From a phage: DNA of 64,000 nucleotides. The notes under the pieces were generated by a model. It worked only from the letters and a program-made list of their open reading frames with translations, did not search any database and had not been told where the DNA came from. The number at the start of each line of letters is the position of its first letter. Position 1 is the stretch's first letter. The stretch lies in the sequence record PZ091942.1. The stretch is one strand, 5' to 3'. Shown here piece by piece: positions 17,500 to 25,421 of this stretch. A program made the position numbers and the translations under genes.

Positions 17500-17931
17500 A
17501 TGTCTGATAAAGTATTAGTTGCAACGTATGGTTCTCTTCGTAAAGGTCAACACAACCACGCTATCAATGCTCGTGCCGGTGGTGTGTCTATTGGTGAAGG
17601 GTGGACAGTAAACAACTGTAACCTGTATCAGTATTGCACAGCATACTTCCCAAGTGTATCTCTGGTGCATGACAGCAATGGCAAGCCTGTTCGTGTAGAA
17701 GTCTTTGAAACAACCCAAGCTGGTCTGGAAGGTCCGTATGACGGTCTGGAAGGTTATCGTGGTAAAGACAATCCGTACACCTTCTATAATCGTACACTGA
17801 TTCCAGTAGTGCTGGATAATGGTGAAACTGTGGAAGCATGGATTTATCATATCGACGAAGAACAAGATGTTCTGGTTGAATCTGGTGACTGGACAGCGTA
17901 TCTGGCAGGTGAACAGGATGACAGTAACTGA
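17500..17931 (+). CDS. gamma-glutamyl cyclotransferase-like (GGCT/AIG2 family)
   Basis: N-terminal YGSLRKG motif and downstream VEVFE acidic residue typical of the GGCT fold; AAGG RBS. Confidence 0.6.
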   Translation: MSDKVLVATYGSLRKGQHNHAINARAGGVSIGEGWTVNNCNLYQYCTAYFPSVSLVHDSNGKPVRVEVFETTQAGLEGPYDGLEGYRGKDNPYTFYNRTLIPVVLDNGETVEAWIYHIDEEQDVLVESGDWTAYLAGEQDDSN

Positions 17932-18124
17932 GCGACAGAAGCTGAGAAAGCTTGAGTCTGATTACTTAAAGTTACGGTGGAAGATTAACCGTTATGATAA
18001 GTTTGTCAGTATGCTTGACCGCAATAAACATTCTGAAGATTTTATCATGAGAACCCAATCAGCTTTACAGGGTTTTAAAAGTCTTCAAGATGATGTGTGG
18101 GAAGAAATACGTTCGTTTTATTGA
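17918..18124 (+). CDS. hypothetical protein
   Basis: In-frame ATG of track ORF 17819-18124 chosen to minimise overlap with GGCT gene. Confidence 0.35.
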   Translation: MTVTERQKLRKLESDYLKLRWKINRYDKFVSMLDRNKHSEDFIMRTQSALQGFKSLQDDVWEEIRSFY

Positions 18125-18160
18125 AGAAGTCTGCTCAAGGAATTCCAAGGAGGATAGAGC

Positions 18161-19951
18161 ATGTCAAAGATCATCCTAGGAGATACAGGTTGTAAAGAAT
18201 GTATCTCTCATGGTCGTGATAAGACCCACAATCACATGATTCTCTTCCGAAATGAAGAGTCCGGTGAAGAGTGGGGCAGTTGTAATCGTTGTGGTAGTTA
18301 TGAAGTTTTCGAAAAGGGAACAACTCCTACACCGAATGAGAAGAAAGAACTATCCCCTGAAGAACTCCGAGAGATCTTAGACGATTGCTTAGAGCTACCT
18401 CAGGGTGAGCTTACTCGTCGTTTGATTCCTAAAGCTGTCTCTGAACGGTATGAATGTCGTATTGGTTTAAGTCAGACAGATGGGCAAACTCCTGACAGTT
18501 ATTTCTTCCCTCGTGAACGTGATGGAAACATTGTTGGTTATGAAGTTAAGCTTCTGGACAGCAAGAAGTTCTATTACATTGGCAGTGTTAAAGAAGCCGA
18601 CTTGTTCGGCATGGCTCAAGCACAGCGTGGTGATGTATACAACAAGAAGCTCTTCATCTTTGAAGACCCACTTTCTTGTATGTCTGGTTTCCATGTGCTC
18701 ACTGCGTTCACGAACGCTACAAACATCAAACCTGCTTGTGTATCTCTACCGTTCGGTGCAGGTTCAATCTCTTCCGTTCTATCACGTAACCGTGACTTCT
18801 TGAACGGTTTTGAGGAGATTGTACTCTGCATGGACAATGATGATGCGGGTGAGATTGCATTAACTAAAGGTCGTGCATTATATCCACATGTTAAGTTTGC
18901 TCGTATTCCGAAAGGAACCTTCACTTATAATGGTCAAGAGAAGGAGATCAAAGATGCGAACGACATGTTACTCGCTGGTCGAGGTCAAGAGCTATTCAAC
19001 AATCTGAAATACTCAGCGAAGCGGGAATCGCCTGCTGGTGCTGTTACTGTCTTTGATTGCTTAGAAGATGCTCTGAAGAAAGCGGAATGGGGTATTCCTT
19101 ATCCGTGGAAAACTCTGAATGAGATGACCTTCGGCATTCGTTGGGGAGAGATGGTTGCTATCGGTGGTGGTGTTGGTTCAGGTAAAACCTTAATCGCACA
19201 CGAACTGGTAGCATGGCTTTGCCTTGAACATGGTTTTAATGGTGGTGGCTTCTTCTTGGAAGAGAAGGTAGGCATGTCTGTTAAGAACATTGCAGGTAAG
19301 TCAGCATCTGTACCTTTCCACCGACCTGATGTTGAGTATGAGGAAGCTCAGTTACGTGACGAAGCACTTCGTTACGCTGATAAGTTCTTCTTGTATGACA
19401 ACTTCGGACAGAACGAGTGGGATGATATTAAGCAGTGTATTCGCTTCTGGGTAGTCGAGAATCAGTGTAAGTTTATCATTCTTGATAACATTACTGCGCT
19501 AGTCTCTCACCTAACTCCGTCTGAGGTGAATACAGAAATCAGTAAGATTGCTTCAGAGCTTGCTGGTATGTGTAAGGAATTAGACTTCACTGCTTTTGTA
19601 TTATCTCACTTGAATGCTCCGGCAGGTGGTGCTCCTCACGAAGAAGGTGGACAGGTGAAAGAAGTTCAGTTCACTGGTTCACGTTCACTAATGCGTTGGT
19701 GTCAGTGCATCATCGGTTTTGAGCGAGATAAGCAAGCTGATGGGTTAGGCAAGAACTTGTCAATCATACGACTCCTCAAAGAGCGTAACTATGGTCAGAC
19801 AGGTGTTTGCTACACCAAGTACATCAATGAAACAGGTCGACTTGTAGAACGAGAAGATCATGAAGTTGATGAAGCTAATCCGTTTGTCTTGACCAATGGT
19901 GAGGATGCAGCTTCTCTGCTCACACAAGACGGGGAGGCACGACCTTGGTAA
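18161..19951 (+). CDS. DNA primase-helicase (T7 gp4-like)
   Basis: AAGGAGG RBS; N-terminal zinc ribbon CKEC..CNRC, Walker [10 protein letters not shown], Walker B FIILDNIT. Confidence 0.85.
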   Translation: MSKIILGDTGCKECISHGRDKTHNHMILFRNEESGEEWGSCNRCGSYEVFEKGTTPTPNEKKELSPEELREILDDCLELPQGELTRRLIPKAVSERYECRIGLSQTDGQTPDSYFFPRERDGNIVGYEVKLLDSKKFYYIGSVKEADLFGMAQAQRGDVYNKKLFIFEDPLSCMSGFHVLTAFTNATNIKPACVSLPFGAGSISSVLSRNRDFLNGFEEIVLCMDNDDAGEIALTKGRALYPHVKFARIPKGTFTYNGQEKEIKDANDMLLAGRGQELFNNLKYSAKRESPAGAVTVFDCLEDALKKAEWGIPYPWKTLNEMTFGIRWGEMVAIGGGVGSGKTLIAHELVAWLCLEHGFNGGGFFLEEKVGMSVKNIAGKSASVPFHRPDVEYEEAQLRDEALRYADKFFLYDNFGQNEWDDIKQCIRFWVVENQCKFIILDNITALVSHLTPSEVNTEISKIASELAGMCKELDFTAFVLSHLNAPAGGAPHEEGGQVKEVQFTGSRSLMRWCQCIIGFERDKQADGLGKNLSIIRLLKERNYGQTGVCYTKYINETGRLVEREDHEVDEANPFVLTNGEDAASLLTQDGEARPW

Positions 19952-20493
19952 AGAAAATATTCGCCTTCGATATCGAGGGTGATAATCTTTATGAGGGCAT
20001 CCAAAATGTCTGGTGTATCTGGATATTTGATGCTCTTACAGGTGAACGGTGGGGGTATCGCCCTCACCAAATTGAAGAAGCTCTTCACAAACTGAAAGAA
20101 GCTGATGTAGTTGTAGGTCATAACATTATCGACTTCGACCTTCCAGCTCTCTTTAAATTCTACTCTCATGTAATACCTTTCCACTTCAATGTCTTCGATA
20201 CACTTTGCCTGAGTCGTTATCTCAAGCCTGACCGTATTGGAGACAATCCAGAATACCCCAAAGGCGACCCTAGACATGGCCCTCGTGGTCATGGCCTCAA
20301 GCAATGGGGCGAATTCCTGGGTGAGCTGAAGGGTGATTATGGTGAGCAGGAAGAAGCATGGGATGCATTCACTGAAGACATGTTCACATATTGTGAGCAA
20401 GACGTTAACTTAACAGTTAAGGTTTACATGTGTCTTTGCCAAATGGCAGGATTTGATTATAAGAATCCCCCATCTCTCAACTGGAAAATGTAG
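19945..20493 (+). CDS. 3'-5' proofreading exonuclease (DEDDy, DNA polymerase exonuclease domain as separate gene)
   Basis: Exo I FDIEGD, Exo [13 protein letters not shown], Exo III YCEQD; TTG start with GGGGAGG RBS, overlapping helicase stop. Confidence 0.75.
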   Translation: MVKKIFAFDIEGDNLYEGIQNVWCIWIFDALTGERWGYRPHQIEEALHKLKEADVVVGHNIIDFDLPALFKFYSHVIPFHFNVFDTLCLSRYLKPDRIGDNPEYPKGDPRHGPRGHGLKQWGEFLGELKGDYGEQEEAWDAFTEDMFTYCEQDVNLTVKVYMCLCQMAGFDYKNPPSLNWKM

Positions 20494-20495
20494 AA

Positions 20496-21944
20496 ATGAT
20501 TAAGATTCCATTGTCTGAATTGAACCTTCAAGAAGGAGAAGCCCTCAGTGTAGGGCTTGACCTAATTCGTAATTTGATCAGAGATAACGTAGTCCCTGAT
20601 GGTATCTATCCTGTCATTGCAGGTGGTGCTATCCGTGATACGTTCTTCCAAAATCGAACTCCGAATGATGTTGATATCTTCCTAGTTCAAGGAGGGCTTC
20701 GTTGGAACACTCGTCAGGAAAACAGCCCTGCTAACGTAGGTAATGCTGCACTTTTCCTTGACAACTTCTTATCTTGGACAGAAAGTAAGGGGCTTCAGGT
20801 TACATCTCGACTAATTCAGCCTGTTAACGGGACAACCTATGCTGAAGCGCTTTTCACTTTCCAAGAGATTCTGGAAATTGAGATTGATCAAGTTAAAATC
20901 CAGATGATGATTAATCTACCTTTGGATATGGATACTTTAAGCCGTCGCTTCCCTATGATCTGTCAAGGGTTTATGACTCTTGGTAATCTGTATGTGTCAA
21001 ACGAAGGTTTGTTTGCAATGTCATACACTCGTGACATTCCTGTGGTATCTAGTCGTGAAATGAAGTACGTTCACAAGAAGTGGCCTGAAGCAACTGTTGC
21101 AGTTTATAGCAGTTCTACCGAATATATGCACCTTGCAATGGGAGCTTTCGGTGAGCCAGAAGTTCACCTGATTAGTGATTTAGTTGGACCTATGGCTGGT
21201 GTAAATTTATATCAGAATCAGCGTCGTCATTATACCCTGAAGATGATGGAAACTATATTAAACATTCCTCAGGAAAGGGGTCGTAGTTATCTGGACGAGG
21301 AAGTTAACCTACAGACAGAATGGTCTAGTGGATTAACCACTATCGGTGCTGAAGCAATCACACAACCTTGGACTCCGGGAACCAACAGACGTGACTCTTG
21401 GCAACAGGAAGTCCCAAGATTCGCAGCCCCTTCTACAATGGACCCTCGTAATACTTTTAATGGCAGTTTTGGTAGTGCACGTTCTTCTGGGACGGACACC
21501 CACAACCGTACATGGCATGTTCAAGGGGGAACTGCTCGTCCTATTCCTTCTCCGTCAATGGGTGATTTACAGCGTTCTCGTCGTTCATGGGAAACAGTAA
21601 GCTCAGTTGTTCAGGGTCTACGTGCTGGTGATATAGAACGTGTAGAAGTTGGTGATTTGCCAACCCCTATGGAAGATCGAGTGTCAACTATAGCGGCTCG
21701 TGAAGCTGCTCGTGTTGGTTTTCCATCTTTAGCTAATGATGCTAACAATACTCCTCGACCTGTCGGTCGTCGTAACGGTCTGGCTCACTCTGACACTGCA
21801 CTTGGTGCAGAACTTCGAGCTGCTGCTCGTGAACTATCTGGTGAGCTTCATAACAACTTAGCAGGTGTTACACTATCTCGTGAAACAGCTCGCAACATGA
21901 TTAACAATTTGGCATCATCTGTACAAGGAAATAGAAACTCATGA
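20496..21944 (+). CDS. nucleotidyltransferase (Pol-beta superfamily, CCA-adding/poly(A) polymerase-like head motif)
   Basis: VIAGGAIRDTFFQNRTPNDVDIFLV matches GGxVRD...DxD head-domain motif; C-terminal 200 aa low-complexity. Confidence 0.45.
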   Translation: MIKIPLSELNLQEGEALSVGLDLIRNLIRDNVVPDGIYPVIAGGAIRDTFFQNRTPNDVDIFLVQGGLRWNTRQENSPANVGNAALFLDNFLSWTESKGLQVTSRLIQPVNGTTYAEALFTFQEILEIEIDQVKIQMMINLPLDMDTLSRRFPMICQGFMTLGNLYVSNEGLFAMSYTRDIPVVSSREMKYVHKKWPEATVAVYSSSTEYMHLAMGAFGEPEVHLISDLVGPMAGVNLYQNQRRHYTLKMMETILNIPQERGRSYLDEEVNLQTEWSSGLTTIGAEAITQPWTPGTNRRDSWQQEVPRFAAPSTMDPRNTFNGSFGSARSSGTDTHNRTWHVQGGTARPIPSPSMGDLQRSRRSWETVSSVVQGLRAGDIERVEVGDLPTPMEDRVSTIAAREAARVGFPSLANDANNTPRPVGRRNGLAHSDTALGAELRAAARELSGELHNNLAGVTLSRETARNMINNLASSVQGNRNS

Positions 21945-22474
21945 GTCTTTTAGGTTCTCAAGAATTACACAGCGTTATTGATAATGGCTTTTTAGATGCG
22001 GAGCATAAATATGTTAACGCTGCTAGCGTGGATATCCGTATTGGTGATACTATCCTTGTTGAAGAACAGGCTGACGGCATTGTTGACATTGATGCTAAAG
22101 AAAACCTCAAGTGGAAAGAAGTAAAAATCCCTGAAGATGGTATCGTTATCACTCCGGGACAGTTCTTCTTAGCTCACTCGATGGAAGAGTTTAACCTTCC
22201 AGATAATATCTCAAGCCTGTTTGTACTCCGCTCCTCAATGGCTCGTTGTGGTTTAAACCACCTCCATGCTGGTTGGGCTGATGCAGGGTTTAACAGCAGT
22301 AAACTAACCTTTGAATTTCATAACGTTACCCATAATCATAGCTTACGAGTTCGTGCTGGGATGCGTGTTGGTCAAATGGTTATGTTCGAACACTCTCACG
22401 CTGGTGATGACTCTTATGCAGTGAAGGGTCGATACAACGGCAGTAATGGTGTAGTTGCATCTAAGGGTGTATAA
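21941..22474 (+). CDS. dcd: dCTP deaminase
   Basis: ASVDIRIGD and LRSSMARCGLNHLHAGWADAGFNS..LTFEFHN match dCTP deaminase/dUTPase-fold signatures. Confidence 0.75.
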   Translation: MSLLGSQELHSVIDNGFLDAEHKYVNAASVDIRIGDTILVEEQADGIVDIDAKENLKWKEVKIPEDGIVITPGQFFLAHSMEEFNLPDNISSLFVLRSSMARCGLNHLHAGWADAGFNSSKLTFEFHNVTHNHSLRVRAGMRVGQMVMFEHSHAGDDSYAVKGRYNGSNGVVASKGV

Positions 22475-22479
22475 CCAAG

Positions 22480-22671
22480 ATGAAAGAGGAAAAAGCTACT
22501 TACTTAGCTGTTGGTTTTATAGTTGGGGCATTTGCTATGGGAGTATTTATATCTAACGTTGGTCCAGATTCTAGCGTTAAGATTGAGACGAGAAGAGCTG
22601 CTTGTGAAATAAATCTCCCTCGTAGTCAGGTCTGTGTAATGCAGTTTGTCCCTAAATCGGTTGACAGATAA
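22480..22671 (+). CDS. small membrane protein (1 TM)
   Basis: Hydrophobic YLAVGFIVGAFAMGVFISNV segment. Confidence 0.4.
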   Translation: MKEEKATYLAVGFIVGAFAMGVFISNVGPDSSVKIETRRAACEINLPRSQVCVMQFVPKSVDR

Positions 22672-22883
22672 TGGAGTTTGGAACAATGAAAAGACGTTGG
22701 GTAGTTCGTATTCACTGGAGTAGTGGTACAGAGTCAATGGGTATTAGGAATACCCGTCAAGAAGCTCGCGCTCATAAGAAGTTCTTGTTAAGTTGTGAAA
22801 GCACAATTAATAAGATCACTATCCACAAAGCTCAAGACTTTAAATCAGGTCGTTTCTATATCAGCGGAAAGGTACATTACTAA
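22671..22883 (+). CDS. hypothetical protein, tandem paralog a
   Basis: NTRQEAR..KK ... I.IHK ... SGRFYISGKVHY shared with next ORF. Confidence 0.45.
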   Translation: MEFGTMKRRWVVRIHWSSGTESMGIRNTRQEARAHKKFLLSCESTINKITIHKAQDFKSGRFYISGKVHY

Positions 22884-23098
22884 TGGATAAATTATGGGCA
22901 GTTCGTACTAAATGGGCTAACAAAGCTCTTGGTGGTGATTGTATTCAATTATTCAACACAAGACAAGAGGCTCGTCTTGCTAAGAAAACTATAAAAGCTA
23001 CAAAAGCTTTAGGAATCGCTGAAAAGGTGGAGATTCATCGTTGGATTGAAAATATCCATAACAGTGCTGGATTCATATCCAGCAAGGTTTATTACTAG
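22883..23098 (+). CDS. hypothetical protein, tandem paralog b
   Basis: NTRQEARLAKK ... AGFISSKVYY; ATGA-coupled to paralog a. Confidence 0.45.
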   Translation: MDKLWAVRTKWANKALGGDCIQLFNTRQEARLAKKTIKATKALGIAEKVEIHRWIENIHNSAGFISSKVYY

Positions 23099-23122
23099 TT
23101 GGTAGTAGATATGATAACTCTC

Positions 23123-23131
23123 AAATGTATA
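23123..23131 (+). promoter_or_regulatory. AAATGTATA promoter-like motif
   Basis: Near-copy of TAATGTATA motif, 37 nt upstream of ATG 23169. Confidence 0.3.
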
Positions 23132-23168
23132 TACAGTATAAGAATATTGTATGAAACAGGAGAGAGTT

Positions 23169-23498
23169 ATGTTAGATTTGAGTAAAGTGGCCCCGCCATC
23201 TGAAGAGATTAGCAAAGCTAAAGTTATGCAGCAGTTCTACCATCGGGATATGCTTGGTCGTTATATCAAGAATCGTGATGTTGTTGCATGGTCTATTGGA
23301 AATCAAGGTTATCTTCTCAAAGTGTTGCAAGTTACTGGCTCAACAGCCAAGCGTGTTAAGGTGTATGACCCTGAAATGGGGCGTTCTAAGTCTGTAGACC
23401 CACAGAACTGCATCGTTATTACCCAGCAAGTAATGGATAATATTGAACGCAATGTAGCGAACTCAACTAACTTAGAGGGAGAATCTCCAAATGCATAA
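23169..23498 (+). CDS. hypothetical protein
   Basis: ATG with AGGAG RBS (track start 23151 lacks RBS). Confidence 0.5.
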   Translation: MLDLSKVAPPSEEISKAKVMQQFYHRDMLGRYIKNRDVVAWSIGNQGYLLKVLQVTGSTAKRVKVYDPEMGRSKSVDPQNCIVITQQVMDNIERNVANSTNLEGESPNA

Positions 23499-24057
23499 TA
23501 ATGTCTTCGACTTACCAGAACTGACACGAGTGGGTTCTAGCAACCCATTCTCTACAACTGACTCTTCTATCTCTCGTCTAGAGGGAATGAATAAACTGAT
23601 CAGTGGTAACAGTCTAGAGCACATCCTATGCGGTGTGCAGGCTAACCTTGAGCTTCTACACATCAAAGCAAAGAATTATCACTGGAACGTCTCTGGAGCT
23701 GGTTTCCAAGGTGTTCATGGTATGTTCGATGAATTAGAAGACTATGCTCGTGAAACTGGTGATCGGGTAGCAGAGCGAATGCGTTATCACTGTATTAAAG
23801 TGGATGCAACAGCTAGTAGCTATCTTGGTTGTGCTTGGTTCCGAGAAGGTAACGCTGATCTCGACATGGACGGTATGCTTTCCGACATGTGCATGACTCT
23901 TATGTGTATGATTGAGAAGATGGATGAGTTTGATTCAGACTTGTGCACCTATCCAGTAGACCAGAGTATGCTTCAAGAAATTAATGAAGGTCTTGGCAAG
24001 TTCTGTTACTTCGTCAAGAGCAACATGTCCCACTCTAGTGGCGATGTGTCTTACTAA
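23491..24057 (+). CDS. Dps-like ferritin-family protein (putative)
   Basis: LCGVQANLELLHIKAKNYHWNVSGAGFQGVHGMFDELEDYARETGDRVAERM matches the Dps signature. Confidence 0.5.
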   Translation: MHNNVFDLPELTRVGSSNPFSTTDSSISRLEGMNKLISGNSLEHILCGVQANLELLHIKAKNYHWNVSGAGFQGVHGMFDELEDYARETGDRVAERMRYHCIKVDATASSYLGCAWFREGNADLDMDGMLSDMCMTLMCMIEKMDEFDSDLCTYPVDQSMLQEINEGLGKFCYFVKSNMSHSSGDVSY

Positions 24058-24078
24058 TCAAACCTCCGCCCTGTCTCT

Positions 24079-24300
24079 TTGTTTAAGAGGTGGGGCGAAC
24101 TTCTTTATAAGGATATGAATATGTTTTCAGCAATCGTATGGTCTGTGTGGGCAATTTTTGTTGGTGGTATCGTTTATCTGGCTCAGAAGCAGATGCTTAA
24201 AGAGAATCCAAATGATGCTAAACCTATTAAACATGGTAGCATTGCTCTGGTAGTTTTCTCTGTTGTCATTCCTTTCCTTCTCCACCTGTTGACTGCATAA
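24079..24300 (+). CDS. small two-TM membrane protein, tandem paralog 1
   Basis: IVWSVWAIFVGGIVYLA ... IALVVFSVVIPFLLHLL; likely start at internal ATG (MNMFSAIVW). Confidence 0.45.
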   Translation: MFKRWGELLYKDMNMFSAIVWSVWAIFVGGIVYLAQKQMLKENPNDAKPIKHGSIALVVFSVVIPFLLHLLTA

Positions 24301-24309
24301 GGGTTTGAT

Positions 24310-24495
24310 ATGATTTCACTGATTGTGTGGGCCGTGTGGTCATTAATAGTTGGTACTGTTATATATAAAGCTCGAAATTTAGCAATTAAAGAAAACCCAG
24401 CAGAAGAGGATGTTAAAGCTATCAAGCTGGGTAGTGTTGTTCTGGTACATTTTGCTATAACACTACCTCTTGTTATTATTCTTTGTATGCTATAA
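24310..24495 (+). CDS. small two-TM membrane protein, tandem paralog 2
   Basis: IVWAVWSLIVGTVIY ... KENP ... VVLVHFAITLPLVIIL parallels previous ORF. Confidence 0.45.
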   Translation: MISLIVWAVWSLIVGTVIYKARNLAIKENPAEEDVKAIKLGSVVLVHFAITLPLVIILCML

Positions 24496-24507
24496 GGAAT
24501 CCAAAGA

Positions 24508-24684
24508 GTGAAACTAAACCTACCTGAAGAATTACAAGCACATGCCATTATCGTTAGTGGCTGTGTGATGGGTCTTGGTCAAACAAAGAAGATTGCTCAC
24601 GACTTAGCAAAAGGTCAGTATAAATCTTTTATTGTTGTTCCTGCTACCCAGCGTCATATCAACCTGTTTATTAACAAGGAATAG
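24508..24684 (+). CDS. small hypothetical protein (58 aa, not in ORF track)
   Basis: GTG after AAGGAA; third-codon positions A/T-biased like confirmed genes. Confidence 0.3.
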   Translation: MKLNLPEELQAHAIIVSGCVMGLGQTKKIAHDLAKGQYKSFIVVPATQRHINLFINKE

Positions 24685-24685
24685 A

Positions 24686-24964
24686 ATGAGTAAAGTAATT
24701 AAGTTTTATAGTAATTCATGTGCTCCATGTGCAGCTATGGCTCCTGTGTTTAAGAAGGTTGTAGCTGATTACAACGTAGAGGTTGAAGAAGTAAATATCT
24801 CTGAAGGTGATGGTCGAGAGCGAGCCATTGAATACGGTGTTCGCAGTATCCCAGCCTTTGTTGTCCCTGACCGTAATAGTGGTGCACATTATAGTTTATC
24901 AGGTATGCAGACCGAAGCAAACCTGAAAGCATTTTTGGATACAGCTCTGAATGGTAATCGATGA
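24686..24964 (+). CDS. thioredoxin/glutaredoxin-like protein
   Basis: ATG with AAGGAA RBS (track start 24632 rejected); CAPC active-site-like motif and RSIPAF cis-Pro region. Confidence 0.55.
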   Translation: MSKVIKFYSNSCAPCAAMAPVFKKVVADYNVEVEEVNISEGDGRERAIEYGVRSIPAFVVPDRNSGAHYSLSGMQTEANLKAFLDTALNGNR

Positions 24965-25421
24965 TTTAGAGTATATCCCCGAAACTGGAGAGTTCTTCCG
25001 AAATGGTAAGAAGTTAGGAGGAACTCGAAGTAAGTACATAACCCTACGGTTTAAAGGGAAGGTACACAAAGCTCATAAAGTGGCATGGTTCTTTTATTAT
25101 GGAGAATGGCCTTCTTCTCAGATAGATCATATCGACAGAAACAAGAAGAACAACTCAATACAGAACTTAAGACTGGTAGACACTTCGACAAACTGCCACA
25201 ACCAGTTCGGGGCTAGAGTATCAAACAAGGAAACAGGGCTTCAAGGTGTTAAGGTTGTCAAATATAGATCAGGGACTATTAGATATAGAGCTGTTATCTG
25301 TATTGATAAAGTAGACATACATCTAGGTATGTATGGCACTGCCGAAGAAGCCCATCAAGTTTACATGAATCGAAAAAAGGAACTTTTAATTGAACGAACA
25401 ACTACAAGCAACACTGATTGA
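24951..25421 (+). CDS. HNH homing endonuclease (HNH_3/AP2-type)
   Basis: IDHIDRNKKNNSIQNLRLVDTSTNCHN HNH motif. Confidence 0.7.
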   Translation: MVIDDLEYIPETGEFFRNGKKLGGTRSKYITLRFKGKVHKAHKVAWFFYYGEWPSSQIDHIDRNKKNNSIQNLRLVDTSTNCHNQFGARVSNKETGLQGVKVVKYRSGTIRYRAVICIDKVDIHLGMYGTAEEAHQVYMNRKKELLIERTTTSNTD

